This document shows, one piece after another, positions 36,932-47,136 of a stretch of 64,000 nucleotides of DNA (position 1 is its first letter; each line of letters begins with the position of its first letter). Made by a program: the position numbers and the translations under genes. Origin of the DNA: Candidatus Schekmanbacteria bacterium (GTDB taxonomy: Bacteria; CSSED10-310; JACPHN01); NCBI GenBank assembly GCA_016188575.1, contig JACPHN010000268.1, positions 916 to 64,915 of the forward strand. The letters run 5' to 3'. The notes under the pieces were generated by a model. It saw nothing but the letters and a program-made list of their open reading frames with translations, made no database searches and was not told the DNA's origin.

Positions 36932-38050
36932 ATGATCGATGAAGCTGAGCACGGGGCCCGCATCGTCCTTTTCGGCGCGACCGGATATACCGGGAGGCTC
37001 ACCGCCGAGGCTATGGTGGCGCGGGGGCTGCGGCCCTTGCTCCTCGGCCGCTCGCGGCAAAAGGTCGAGGCACTCGCGCGTGAGCTCGGCGGCTTGGGCC
37101 ATGGGGTTGCCGACGTGGAACGTCCCGCGGAGCTCGCTGGTCATCTTCGCTCGGGAGACGTGCTGGTGACGACGGTCGGGCCGTTTTCGCGTCACGGTCA
37201 GGTCGCTCTGGCCGCGGCGGTTGCCGCGGGCGCCCACTACGTCGACTCCACTGGGGAGATCGGGTTCGCGCGCACGGTGGTGGAGACCTACGACGCTCCG
37301 GCGCGCGATCGCGGCATCGCCCTACTGACCACGAGCGGCTACGACTTCGTGCCAGGTCATTGCGCGGCTGCGGAGGCCGTGCGGCGGTCGCAGGGGCGCG
37401 CCCGGCGGGTGGACGTCGGCTACTTCGGCGTTGGCGACGGACCGCTCGGGCTGAGCGAGGGAACGCGCGCTTCGATGGCCGAAGTGTCGCTCGCGCCCGG
37501 CGTCTTTTGGGAGGGCGGCCGGCTCACCGAGCATCGCGCCGGTCACAAGGTCCGCCGCTTCGACGTCGCTGGCCGTTCGCGACCGGCAGTCGCGATTTCG
37601 AGCAGCGAAGCGCTCTTTCTCCCGCGACTATTCCCCGACCTCCGTGACCTCACGGTGTACCTCGGCTGGTTTGGGGAGCTGTCGTACCTGATGCCGGCCG
37701 CTTCCCTGGTCACGGCCGCGGTGCAGCGCCTGCCGCTAGTGCACCAGGTGGTCGGCACCGCGCTGCGGTGGACGCTGTCCAGCAGTGGCCGCGGCCCTGG
37801 ACCGGACCGGCGCGAGCGAATCGGGTCGTACATTGTCGCCGAGACCTACGACGGGCGCGGCGACAAGGTGGCCGAGGCGGCACTGTCGGGGGTCAACGGC
37901 TATACCTTTACGGCAAACATCCTGGCGTTGCTCGCGGAGCGCGCGGCAGCCGGGCGTATCTTCGGCACCGGAGCGATCAGCCCGATTACGGCGCTCGGCC
38001 TCGATGGCCTCATCGAAGCGTGTGCCGACGCCGGCCTCACGCTCGCCTGA
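36932..38050 (+). CDS. Saccharopine dehydrogenase-like / trans-acting enoyl reductase family oxidoreductase
   Basis: LFGATGYTG, TVGPF, HYVDSTGE, GYDFVPG. Confidence 0.85.
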   Translation: MIDEAEHGARIVLFGATGYTGRLTAEAMVARGLRPLLLGRSRQKVEALARELGGLGHGVADVERPAELAGHLRSGDVLVTTVGPFSRHGQVALAAAVAAGAHYVDSTGEIGFARTVVETYDAPARDRGIALLTTSGYDFVPGHCAAAEAVRRSQGRARRVDVGYFGVGDGPLGLSEGTRASMAEVSLAPGVFWEGGRLTEHRAGHKVRRFDVAGRSRPAVAISSSEALFLPRLFPDLRDLTVYLGWFGELSYLMPAASLVTAAVQRLPLVHQVVGTALRWTLSSSGRGPGPDRRERIGSYIVAETYDGRGDKVAEAALSGVNGYTFTANILALLAERAAAGRIFGTGAISPITALGLDGLIEACADAGLTLA

Positions 38051-38108
38051 GCCCGGCAAGAGGCTATCAGGCAAGAAGCGCTACATGCTGCCGGCGGCGA
38101 AGGACCGG

Positions 38109-38939
38109 TCACCGCGGCGGGCCATCCGCCTCCGACATCGACAGGATCATCTCGCACCGGGGCGCATAAATAAGCTCGACCGCGTGGCCCAGGCGGAGCG
38201 CGCGGAGCTGTCGCGCCTTGCCGTGCTCGCCCAGGCGCAGCGCGACCCCGCGCGGGAGCCAGGACGTGGCCGAGTCGATCAGGTTTACCTTCAGCTCGGC
38301 GCGCAGGGTGCGCCCGCCCTTGACAGGGTAGCTGGCGAGCTCCATGACGCGAAGCGGCGCGACGTCGCGGGCGCGCGCTGAATGGTGGGCGCGCGCCGGT
38401 AACGACGGGACCGCGAGCGTAAAGAGCTCCGGGCCGCCGCGCTCGTCACCATACACGGTGACGATGAGCTGCCCGCCGCGCTCCTGAAACGCCATGCGCG
38501 CCATGTATTTGGGGACATTCAGGTAATCGATACCGCCCGCCATGGCGACTTCCGAATCTACCGGCAACTGAAAAACGTAGGCCTCATACCGCTCGCTCAG
38601 CACGGAGCGCACGAGGTGCAGCGCGCCGTGAGCCCATGCGTCGCGAGTGTACGAGATGCCGGCCGACAGCGAGACCTCACAGTATGCCCCGAGCTGGGAG
38701 GCGCGGTATTGAAAGCAGTGAATGGCGACGAGCGCGGTTCCCGGCAGCGGCCGCAGCGGGCGATGACGCGGCGTCGGCATCAGCGCCTGCACCGCCGCCG
38801 CGTCCGCGGTAAAAACAACCGCCGTCATGGAGGCATCGTAGTAAAAGAGCGGCGAATAGCCGCGCCACTGCCGAATCGGGATCTCCCGCTGCTCCACGCC
38901 GCGGAAAAACTCGCTTGTTGTGCGCTGCTCCCCGCTCAC
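38109..38939 (-). CDS. Acetoacetate decarboxylase-like family protein
   Basis: PLFYYD, FQYRASQLGAYCEV, QLPVDSEVAMAGG, NVPK (Schiff-base lysine motif). Confidence 0.75.
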   Translation of the reverse strand: MSGEQRTTSEFFRGVEQREIPIRQWRGYSPLFYYDASMTAVVFTADAAAVQALMPTPRHRPLRPLPGTALVAIHCFQYRASQLGAYCEVSLSAGISYTRDAWAHGALHLVRSVLSERYEAYVFQLPVDSEVAMAGGIDYLNVPKYMARMAFQERGGQLIVTVYGDERGGPELFTLAVPSLPARAHHSARARDVAPLRVMELASYPVKGGRTLRAELKVNLIDSATSWLPRGVALRLGEHGKARQLRALRLGHAVELIYAPRCEMILSMSEADGPPR

Positions 38940-40684
38940 CGTTGCAGGTCCACGGTGCGCGGCGTCACCCCGCGCGCCTTGAGCTCCTCCTTCATGACCC
39001 GGTGGGTGGCGGTCTTCGGCAACGCGTCGACAACCTCGACGTAGCGTGGCAGAGCATATTTTGGCAGGCGGGGTGCGAGAAAGGCGGCGAGCGCCTGGGG
39101 GTCGACGGTGCGCCCCTCGACCGGCACCACACAGACCATGATCTCCTCTTCCGCCAGCTCGCTGGGGACGCCGAACGCGGCGCTCTCGAGCACGTCGGGG
39201 TGGGCATCGACTTCCTTTTCGACCTCGTATGCCGAAACGTTTTCACCGCGGCGGCGCATCGAGTCGGTCCGGCGGCCGACGAAATAGAGAAAGCCGCCGG
39301 CGTCGCGCCGCATGACGTCGCCCGTGCGAAGCCACCCGTCACGCGTCTTGTCTGCGCTCGCCGCCTCGTTCTTGTAGTACGTTACCGGGGCGTCGGCGCT
39401 GCGTGCCGCGTGGAACATCAGCTCGCCGGCCTCGCCCACAGCGGCGTCCGCGCCGCTCGCGGTGACCAGGCGGTAGCGCGCGCCGAACGAGGGCCGGCCA
39501 ATGGAACCTACGGGGGCATTGCCCGCGTTGAAGACCACGAATCCGCCACCATCGACCGCGCCGTACGCTTCCCAGATGCGCACGCCAAAGCGCTCCTCGA
39601 ACGGCCGCCAGGCGTCCGCGGGGCAGGCCGAGCTGATGACCTTCCTGACGCGATGCTCGCGCTCGAAAACGCTCGGGGGCGTCTTCAACAGGATCGGAAT
39701 CATGGCACCCAGAGCGTTGAAGGTCGTCGCTCCGCTTTCGCTCACCTCGCGCCAGAAGCGGGAAGCCCGGAACCGCCGCGCGAGCGCGACCGGAATCCCC
39801 CGCCAGAGCGCTTGCACGACCGTGACCAGCAAGGCGTTGGCGTGAAAAAGCGGCAAACAGGTGTAGATCTTGTCGTCGGGATCGTAGAACACGTGGCTGG
39901 CGAAACCGAGCTTCTTGACTCCGGCACTTCCGGAGCGATAGACCACCGCCTTCGGCAGACCCGTCGTGCCCGAAGTGTACATCAGCAGCGAAGGCGCATG
40001 CGCGTCGGGCCGCGTCCCGAGGTCCGCGTCGCAGCGCTCGCGCCGCTCGAGCTCGGCGTACGGAAGCAAGCGCAGCCGAGCGGAGGGAGGCATCGCCGCC
40101 AGGGATTCGCGATCGCCGCCGCCATCGTCATCCACCACGAACACCGTGAGCGGCCGCGCGAGCCGGTCCGCTATCGCCCGCAGCTTGTCGAGCGCCGGAC
40201 CATCAGCGCCGACAATCGCTACTTCCGAGTGGTTCACGATGTAGGCCAGGCCGTCACCTACGAGGTGCGTGTTGATCGGTACGCAGTAGGCCCCCACTTT
40301 CTGCGAAGCGAAGAAGAGCTCCAGGAAGCTCGGGCGATTATCCATCATGATGGCCACGCCGGCACCGGCCGCGGCGCCGTGCGCCTGCAGGCCGCGCGCG
40401 ACCTGGTTGGCGCGCCGATTCAGCAGGTCAAAGCTCAGGCAATCGCCAGCGAAATCGATAAACGGGTTTCCGCCGAAGCGGCGCGCAGCCCATTCCAGCA
40501 GCTCCGCAAAGGTCCAGTCGCGTGCGAAAGCGAGCGTCCCGCGCCGGCGCGCGGCTGCGAGCGTTGCCCCCAGCTCACCCGCTTGCCACTCCAACCCCAG
40601 ACTGAACGCCGCCGCACCCAAGACGCGGCGCGCCAGCGCCAGATCTCCGAGTCTGTGGGTCAGCGCTGCCGGCAGTCGCGCCAT
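38936..40684 (-). CDS. ATP-dependent acyl-CoA ligase (CaiC-like)
   Basis: YTSGTTGLPK, LPLFHANA, GWLRTGD, RRRGENVS; ATG 40684 with AAGGAG SD. Confidence 0.88.
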   Translation of the reverse strand: MARLPAALTHRLGDLALARRVLGAAAFSLGLEWQAGELGATLAAARRRGTLAFARDWTFAELLEWAARRFGGNPFIDFAGDCLSFDLLNRRANQVARGLQAHGAAAGAGVAIMMDNRPSFLELFFASQKVGAYCVPINTHLVGDGLAYIVNHSEVAIVGADGPALDKLRAIADRLARPLTVFVVDDDGGGDRESLAAMPPSARLRLLPYAELERRERCDADLGTRPDAHAPSLLMYTSGTTGLPKAVVYRSGSAGVKKLGFASHVFYDPDDKIYTCLPLFHANALLVTVVQALWRGIPVALARRFRASRFWREVSESGATTFNALGAMIPILLKTPPSVFEREHRVRKVISSACPADAWRPFEERFGVRIWEAYGAVDGGGFVVFNAGNAPVGSIGRPSFGARYRLVTASGADAAVGEAGELMFHAARSADAPVTYYKNEAASADKTRDGWLRTGDVMRRDAGGFLYFVGRRTDSMRRRGENVSAYEVEKEVDAHPDVLESAAFGVPSELAEEEIMVCVVPVEGRTVDPQALAAFLAPRLPKYALPRYVEVVDALPKTATHRVMKEELKARGVTPRTVDLQR

Positions 40685-40861
40685 CTCGCTCTCCTTGGGA
40701 CCCGTAACGAAATAACCGTTGCATTCGGCCGGCTGCGAAGGCCGCCGGCTTCGTCTCTCCTCCTCACCGTATTGCTCCATTGACACGCTTCGTCGTCGTT
40801 CCTCGAAAGCGGCCTTCTCGCTCGGCCTCGGTGCTTGACACAGTGATTTCGCTACGGGTCC

Positions 40862-42292
40862 TCACATCCGGTCAATGATGTGAATGGCCATCGCCGCCTC
40901 CTCCACGCCCAGTGCCCCGCCGCCATTCACCGCCATGCCGATAGTGGCGCCCTCCACTTGTCGCGCACCGGCTTCACCCCGGAGCTGGCACACGAGCTCG
41001 TGGACCTGCGCGAGACCCGAAGCCGCGATGGGATGGCCCCGGCACTCCAGACCCCCGCTCGGGTTCACCGGCCGAGCGCCACCGATGCGCGTGGCTCCGG
41101 ACGCCGCATAAGCCCCCCCTTCACCTTCGCGGCAAAACCCGAGTGTCTCGCATTGGTGGAGCTCGCCAAAGGCTGTCGCGTCGTGCACCTCGGCCACGTC
41201 GATCGCCTCGGGGCCGACGCCGGCCCGCTCATACGCCGCCGCCGCCAGCCGCGCGCTGATGTCCGGCTCCCCATCACCGCGCGCCTTGCCCGATCCAAGC
41301 ACGCTCGCGCGAATCCGCACCGGCCGGGAACCCGAACGCCGCCGCCGCCAGACATTCCGGCTGCAGACCACGACCGCCGCCGCACCGTCGCCGATCGGCG
41401 CGCACATGGCTCGCGTCAACGGAAAACTGACCGGCCGATCCGCCAGGACCTCCTGCACCGTCAGCGGAAACCGATACTGCGCCAACGGGTTGTGAACGCT
41501 GTGCTCATGGTTCTTGGCCGCGACCGCGGCGAGCTGCTCGATGGTCGTTCCGTAGCGCTTCATGTGGCGGCGCGCGTTGAGCGAGTACACATCCATGAAG
41601 GGGCTCTGATCGCCAGCGCCGCGGCTCGCGAACGCCTTCCGCATCGACCACAGGCGCTCCCAGCCGAAGGTGTGGCCGATCGTGACGAGGTCCTGCGCGA
41701 GCTGCAGCGCGTCGTTTGCGGCGCGCGTCGCGGTGCGCAGCGCGAGCACGTCGCGCCAGGATTGGGCCGGCGGGGACACCGGGCGCCGATTTCCCGGATG
41801 TGCGACTGTCCAGTCCGCGGGAAACGCCGCCGGTATCCCGAGCTCCCGCTCCGCTTCGAGGTAGCGCGCGAGCGAGGCCGGAAGGTCGGCGACGTCGAGC
41901 CCGCCCAGGAAACCGGCAAACATGAAAAGCCGATTCGGTGAGTAGATCTTCTCCGCGCCCACCGCCAGGGCGACTTCGTACTGGCCCGCGGCGACTCCCA
42001 TCCACGCCCCATGCAGGGCGGTGGAACCACCTGCGCACGCGTTCTCCACGTTGACGATGGGGATCGTGTCGATGCCGGCGGCGCGCAACGCGACCTGGCC
42101 GCGAATGCAGAGCTGCCCGTCGCTGCGCCCCCAGTTGCTGTTCGCGAACCACGCGGCCTGCACGTCCTCACGCGCCAACCCGGCGTCGCGAAGGGCGTTG
42201 TCGACGACCTCCGCCGTCATGTCCTTGATCGTGCGCTGCGGATACTTCGCAAACCGCAGCATCTGGCTGCCCGCGATCAGTGCTTCCCTCAC
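40862..42292 (-). CDS. Thiolase family protein (SCP2/SCP-x type)
   Basis: NVENACAGGS, DGAAA, EVHDA, NPSGGL..RGHPIAASG; GTG start overlaps the ACAD stop. Confidence 0.88.
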   Translation of the reverse strand: MREALIAGSQMLRFAKYPQRTIKDMTAEVVDNALRDAGLAREDVQAAWFANSNWGRSDGQLCIRGQVALRAAGIDTIPIVNVENACAGGSTALHGAWMGVAAGQYEVALAVGAEKIYSPNRLFMFAGFLGGLDVADLPASLARYLEAERELGIPAAFPADWTVAHPGNRRPVSPPAQSWRDVLALRTATRAANDALQLAQDLVTIGHTFGWERLWSMRKAFASRGAGDQSPFMDVYSLNARRHMKRYGTTIEQLAAVAAKNHEHSVHNPLAQYRFPLTVQEVLADRPVSFPLTRAMCAPIGDGAAAVVVCSRNVWRRRRSGSRPVRIRASVLGSGKARGDGEPDISARLAAAAYERAGVGPEAIDVAEVHDATAFGELHQCETLGFCREGEGGAYAASGATRIGGARPVNPSGGLECRGHPIAASGLAQVHELVCQLRGEAGARQVEGATIGMAVNGGGALGVEEAAMAIHIIDRM

Positions 42293-43740
42293 GGCTCCCG
42301 CGCCTCCATCGCAAACAGCCCCCTGAAGACGTGCAGTCGGTTCACTTCGTTGGTTCCCTCGTAGATTTGCGTCAGCTTGGCATCCCGCAGGCATTTTTCG
42401 ACGCCCCAGGCCGGCTCGCAGGCATCCTCGCCGAGGATTCGCATCGCGGCACGGCAGATGTCCATGGCCAGGTCGCTGCACGTTTGCTTCGCCAGAGAAG
42501 CGAGGCCGAGCACAAAATCCAGCTCCCTTTCCGGCACGGCGTGGGCGAGCCACGCGCGCATGGCGCCGGTGACGAGGCGCGACGATAACGCTCCGCGCAG
42601 CGGCGAGGCACGGAGCAGCGGGCGGGGCACGGCCGCCATGGCGTCCTGGAGTCGCGGGCTCAAAGCTTTCATGAAGCCGCACGATTCCACGGCCATGGCG
42701 GCGTCAAAATAGAGCTGCCTGCCGCTCTGGAGCTTGCCGATCATGTCGGCGAGCGCGAGCTGCACCCACTGGGCCTCGAACCGCCACCGGCCGTTTTCCC
42801 TCTTCTCCGCCAGGTAGGCGAGAGCTCGTTCGATCGCGCCCCGGGCGATGCCCATCGCGATCGCGCCGACCGGGCCGCGCGTCATGGACAAGGCGTGTTT
42901 GACGAGCGGGATCGGGCTGCCCTTGCCGCCCAGGCAGTCCGAGAAGGGGACGAAGAGATCGTCGAACACGAGCTCGGCAGCAGGACAGAGGCGTTGTCCG
43001 AGCTTGTGCTCGATGCGCCCTACCGAGAATCCGGCGGCATTGGTGGGCACCACGAACTGGATCGTGCTTTCCACGGGGCGGGACGGATCGGTAATGGCCG
43101 AGGCCCAGGCGTAGCGGGCGATGCTGCCATTGGAGATGAACACCTTGCGGCCGGTAACGCGATAGCCGCCCGGGACCTCGCGGGCGACCGTGCGCAGCCG
43201 CGCGGAATGGATATGCACCTCATCCTCGATGTCGCTACCGGCCTCCGGTTCCGTGTAGGCGAGCGCGAAGATGACGGGGGTGCCGGCGCGTTCACCGTCT
43301 GCGATTTCGGCAAGGTGGCGATAGAACCAGTCCAGCTCGAGACTGTAGATCAGTGGCACGATGCCGAGGTTGTGAGCGCCAAAGATGTTGGCGATGCCGG
43401 CGTCGGCCGCGCATAGCTCCTCCATCATGAAGGCCACGGCGGGGAGCCGCTGGCCCAGGCCGCCAAAGGCGCGCGGGATCACCGCACTGAGAAAGCGGTA
43501 GGGGAGCGCGCCGCGGATCGCTTCCCAGGCGACGAAGGTGTGGTCGTCGCCGGCGCGGCGATCCCAGTCGGCCGCGTACGGGCGCACGTGCTCGTCGCTG
43601 AAGCGTCGCGCCGCGGCTTGTAGCCGCGCGCACTGATCGATGAGCTCCGGATCCCCTTTCGCGAGGCCGGCGGCACGCGGAAAGGCGCGCGGGAGCTCGT
43701 GCAGGATCGGGCTATAGACGTGCGGTGCGGAAGTCCCCAC
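42289..43740 (-). CDS. Acyl-CoA dehydrogenase
   Basis: AYTEPEAGSD, GRKVFISNG, KLGQR, RDAKLTQIYEGTNEV; GTG 43740 with GGAGG SD. Confidence 0.9.
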   Translation of the reverse strand: MGTSAPHVYSPILHELPRAFPRAAGLAKGDPELIDQCARLQAAARRFSDEHVRPYAADWDRRAGDDHTFVAWEAIRGALPYRFLSAVIPRAFGGLGQRLPAVAFMMEELCAADAGIANIFGAHNLGIVPLIYSLELDWFYRHLAEIADGERAGTPVIFALAYTEPEAGSDIEDEVHIHSARLRTVAREVPGGYRVTGRKVFISNGSIARYAWASAITDPSRPVESTIQFVVPTNAAGFSVGRIEHKLGQRLCPAAELVFDDLFVPFSDCLGGKGSPIPLVKHALSMTRGPVGAIAMGIARGAIERALAYLAEKRENGRWRFEAQWVQLALADMIGKLQSGRQLYFDAAMAVESCGFMKALSPRLQDAMAAVPRPLLRASPLRGALSSRLVTGAMRAWLAHAVPERELDFVLGLASLAKQTCSDLAMDICRAAMRILGEDACEPAWGVEKCLRDAKLTQIYEGTNEVNRLHVFRGLFAMEAREP

Positions 43741-43947
43741 GAGAGCCTCCTGGTGATGCGGGCGAGCGGGCGGCGTGACGCAGAGCATCGTAGCAGCCCG
43801 CCGCGCCGCGGTCAACCGCCGCCATGAAGTGTGCGGCGCCACGGGGCGGCCCGGGTCTTGCTTACTTCGCTCGGGTCCCAGTTTGCACCGTGGGCGGTAT
43901 AAAGGAGTAGATACTGGGAATTCAGGAGCACGCGGGAGGATCGCACC

Positions 43948-44868
43948 ATGGATTCGTCCTGTGGACCCCTCGTTTTCGGTGAAGCGCTGTATGACAGCTT
44001 CCCTGACGGCAGCGCGGTGTTGGGCGGCGCGCCATTCAACGTCGCCTGGCACTTGCAGGGGTTCGGGCTGGCACCCTTGTTCATCACCCGCGTCGGCCGT
44101 GATGAGCTGGGCGAGCGAATGATCGCGGCGATGCGCGCCTGGGGAATGGACACGCGCGGTGTACAGACGGACCCGCGCCACCCCACGGGCAGCGTTGCGG
44201 TCAGCTTCCGAGGCCACGAGCCGAGCTTCTCGATCGTGCCCGAGCAAGCCTACGATTTCATCGACGGCGAGCTCGCGGCGGCGCTCATGCAGGACGGTAG
44301 CCCCGGGCTGCTCTACCATGGCAGTCTCATTGCCCGACATTCTGCCTCGCGTGACGCCCTGGCGAGGCTGCGCTCAGCAGGGCTCTCTGTTTTCCTCGAC
44401 GTCAATCTTCGCGCTCCGTGGTGGCAACGACCCTGGCTCGACGACGCCTTGCGAAGCGCTCGCTGGGGGAAAGTCAACGAGCACGAGCTGCGGGTGCTGG
44501 CCGCGCCTGACGCGACCGGCGACGATGGCGACGACGGCGACGACGACGTGTCGGCCCGCGGCCAGCGCCTGCGCCGAGAATACGGCCTGGAGCTGCTGGT
44601 GGTAACGCGCGGCGCCGCAGGCGCGCTGCTCCTGACCGCTGCCGGCGCGACCGCTGCGGCGCCCCACGACACCGCCGCGATCGTCGACACCGTAGGGGCC
44701 GGCGATGCCTTCAGCGCGGTGACGATACTCGGACTCTTGCGTGGCTGGTCGTTGCCACAGATGGCGGTGCGGGCCGTGGAGCTCGCCGGGGCGGTATGCC
44801 GCATGCGCGGCGCCACGGGTCACGACCGCGCGCTCTATCAGAAACACTTACTGAGGTGGGCAACATGA
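43948..44868 (+). CDS. PfkB-family carbohydrate kinase (probable fructokinase)
   Basis: FGEALYD, GGAPFNVA, DVNLR, DTVGAGDAF; adjacent to sucrose genes. Confidence 0.9.
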   Translation: MDSSCGPLVFGEALYDSFPDGSAVLGGAPFNVAWHLQGFGLAPLFITRVGRDELGERMIAAMRAWGMDTRGVQTDPRHPTGSVAVSFRGHEPSFSIVPEQAYDFIDGELAAALMQDGSPGLLYHGSLIARHSASRDALARLRSAGLSVFLDVNLRAPWWQRPWLDDALRSARWGKVNEHELRVLAAPDATGDDGDDGDDDVSARGQRLRREYGLELLVVTRGAAGALLLTAAGATAAAPHDTAAIVDTVGAGDAFSAVTILGLLRGWSLPQMAVRAVELAGAVCRMRGATGHDRALYQKHLLRWAT

Positions 44869-47135
44869 CCGCTTCCCCTGACTCCACCGCCACTTCGCCT
44901 GCAAGCTGCGCGGAAAGCGCATCACGAACACCCCCCACCTCTCCTTCCCCCGCCAGCGGCGGGAGGGACGGAGCGGGGCTTTCCACTTCCGATGCCGGCT
45001 TGTACCTGATGCTTCTCAGCATCCACGGACTGATCCGCGGCCATGACCTGGAGCTCGGCCGCGATGCGGACACCGGCGGGCAAACCAAATACGTCGTCGA
45101 GCTGACCCGGGCGCTCGCTGCGCATCCCCGCATCTGGCGCGTAGATCTGCTGACGCGGCTCATTGACGACCCGCGGGTCGACGACGACTATTCGAGCGAG
45201 CAAGAACCCGTAGCGGAAAATGCCTTCATCACACGCATCCCCTGTGGCCCGCGCCGCTATCTCCGCAAGGAAACCCTGTGGACCTATCTTGACGGCTTTG
45301 CCGACAACGCCCTGCTCCACATCCGCCGCGTGGGCAGACTGCCGGATGTGATCCACAGCCACTATGCCGACGCCGGCTACGTCGGAGCTCGGCTCGCAGG
45401 TCTCCTCGGCGTGCCGCTGGTTCACACCGGGCACTCGCTCGGAAGAGAGAAAAAGAGACGCCTGCTCGTGCAGGGTATGGATGCGGAGGAGATCGAAAAG
45501 ACGTACAACATGTCGCAACGTATCGAGGCCGAGGAGCTCGCCATGGACAATGCTGCCATGGTGATCGCCAGCACGACGCAAGAAGTCGAGAAGCAATACA
45601 GCGTATACGACAACTATCAGCCGCAAAGCATGGTGGTGATTCCGCCAGGTGTTGCCTTGGACCGCTTCTATCCCCCGCGCCGTGGCTGGTTCGCCACTCC
45701 GGATCCTCTGGAGCTCGGGCGCTTCTTGCGCGAGCCGCGCAGGCCCATGATCCTGGCGCTCGCTCGGCCCGACGAACGCAAGAACATCGCTACGTTGCTA
45801 CACGCCTACGGCCAGCACCCCCGCCTGCAGCGCGCCGCGAATCTGGTGCTGATCGCCGGCATCCGCGACGACATCAGCGCCATGGAGAGGGGACCGCGCG
45901 CCGTGCTCAACGAGATCCTCTTGTTGATCGACCGCTACGACCTCTATGGCCGCGTGGCATGCCCCAAGCACCATCATGCCGATGATGTGCCGCTCCTGTA
46001 CCGCCTGGCAGCCAAGCGCGGCGGCATCTTCGTCAATCCCGCGCTCACCGAGCCTTTCGGCCTGACCCTGATTGAGGCCGCGGCAAGCGGGCTTCCCATC
46101 GTAGCCACGGAGGACGGGGGCCCGCGCGACATCATCGCGCACTGCCGAAACGGCGTGCTGATCGATCCCCTGGATCACGCGCGCCTGGGCGACGTGCTCT
46201 ATGCGGCCATCAGCAATCGCCGCCAATGGCGCCGCTGGGCCAAGAATGGCGTCGCCGGCGCCCACAGGCGTTTCTCGTGGAGCAGCCACGTCAGCCGATA
46301 CCTGTCCGAGGTGGAAAAGTTGATGAAGAAATGGCGACGCAAGCGCCCGGCGGCGGCGCCCAGGAGCAAGTTGCCAACCCTGACGAGGATCCTGATCACG
46401 GATATCGACAACACGCTGATCGGCGACCGCGCAGCGCTACAGACGCTGCTCGAGAGGATGCGTAGGCACGGCGAAAAACTCGGTTTCGGTGTCGCTACCG
46501 GGCGACGCCTCGAAAGTGTCGCCCGCGTCCTCAAGGAATGGGACGTGCCGACTCCGGACGTGCTGATTACCTCGGTGGGCACCGAGATTCACTACGGCAA
46601 GCGCCTGGAGCCGGATCTGGGCTATCAGGACCACCTGGAATACCGTTGGGCTCCGCAGGCGCTCCCGGAAGTGCTGAATGAGCTCCCGGGCTTGCGCTTG
46701 CAGGCCGCCGTGGAACAGCGACGGTTCAAGGTCAGCTTTCTTCTGGATCCCGGGAAGGCACCCAGCGTGCGGGTGATCAAGAAGCAGTTGCGGCGGCATG
46801 GCATACATGCCACCGTGGTATTGTCTAACGGCATTTATCTTGACGTCATTCCGGTGCGCGCCTCCAAGGGTAAGGCGATACGATATATAGCCAATAAGTG
46901 GGGGATTCCAATAGATAGTATTCTTGTTGCAGGTGATTCCGGAAATGATGAAGAAATGCTGACAGGGAATACCCTCGGCGTCGTCGTTGGCAACCATTGC
47001 GAGGAGCTGAAGGTCCTGCGCGGCCAAGAGCGCGTTTACTTCGCCCGCGGTCAATATGCGCTGGGTATTCTGGAAGGAGTAGAGTTTTATAACTTCTTTG
47101 ATGACATTAACAGTATCCATGAAAGTGTCGGATAG
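44865..47135 (+). CDS. sps: Sucrose-phosphate synthase with C-terminal HAD phosphatase domain
   Basis: [52 protein letters not shown]; HAD motif TDIDNT and AGDSGND. Confidence 0.93.
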   Translation: MTASPDSTATSPASCAESASRTPPTSPSPASGGRDGAGLSTSDAGLYLMLLSIHGLIRGHDLELGRDADTGGQTKYVVELTRALAAHPRIWRVDLLTRLIDDPRVDDDYSSEQEPVAENAFITRIPCGPRRYLRKETLWTYLDGFADNALLHIRRVGRLPDVIHSHYADAGYVGARLAGLLGVPLVHTGHSLGREKKRRLLVQGMDAEEIEKTYNMSQRIEAEELAMDNAAMVIASTTQEVEKQYSVYDNYQPQSMVVIPPGVALDRFYPPRRGWFATPDPLELGRFLREPRRPMILALARPDERKNIATLLHAYGQHPRLQRAANLVLIAGIRDDISAMERGPRAVLNEILLLIDRYDLYGRVACPKHHHADDVPLLYRLAAKRGGIFVNPALTEPFGLTLIEAAASGLPIVATEDGGPRDIIAHCRNGVLIDPLDHARLGDVLYAAISNRRQWRRWAKNGVAGAHRRFSWSSHVSRYLSEVEKLMKKWRRKRPAAAPRSKLPTLTRILITDIDNTLIGDRAALQTLLERMRRHGEKLGFGVATGRRLESVARVLKEWDVPTPDVLITSVGTEIHYGKRLEPDLGYQDHLEYRWAPQALPEVLNELPGLRLQAAVEQRRFKVSFLLDPGKAPSVRVIKKQLRRHGIHATVVLSNGIYLDVIPVRASKGKAIRYIANKWGIPIDSILVAGDSGNDEEMLTGNTLGVVVGNHCEELKVLRGQERVYFARGQYALGILEGVEFYNFFDDINSIHESVG
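44931..44978. repeat. REP-like element in frame in the SPS N-terminus
   Basis: CCCCCCACCTCTCCTTCCCCCGCCAGCGGCGGGAGGGACGGAGCGGGG, translated [16 protein letters not shown]. Confidence 0.65.
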
Positions 47136-47136
47136 T

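Noticed and set aside
44518-44547. Short coding microsatellites (GDD repeats in pfkB; poly-Thr at the livF start; GGV in wzy) as phase-variation switches
   Set aside because: Units are multiples of 3 nt and imperfect, so slippage would not shift the frame.
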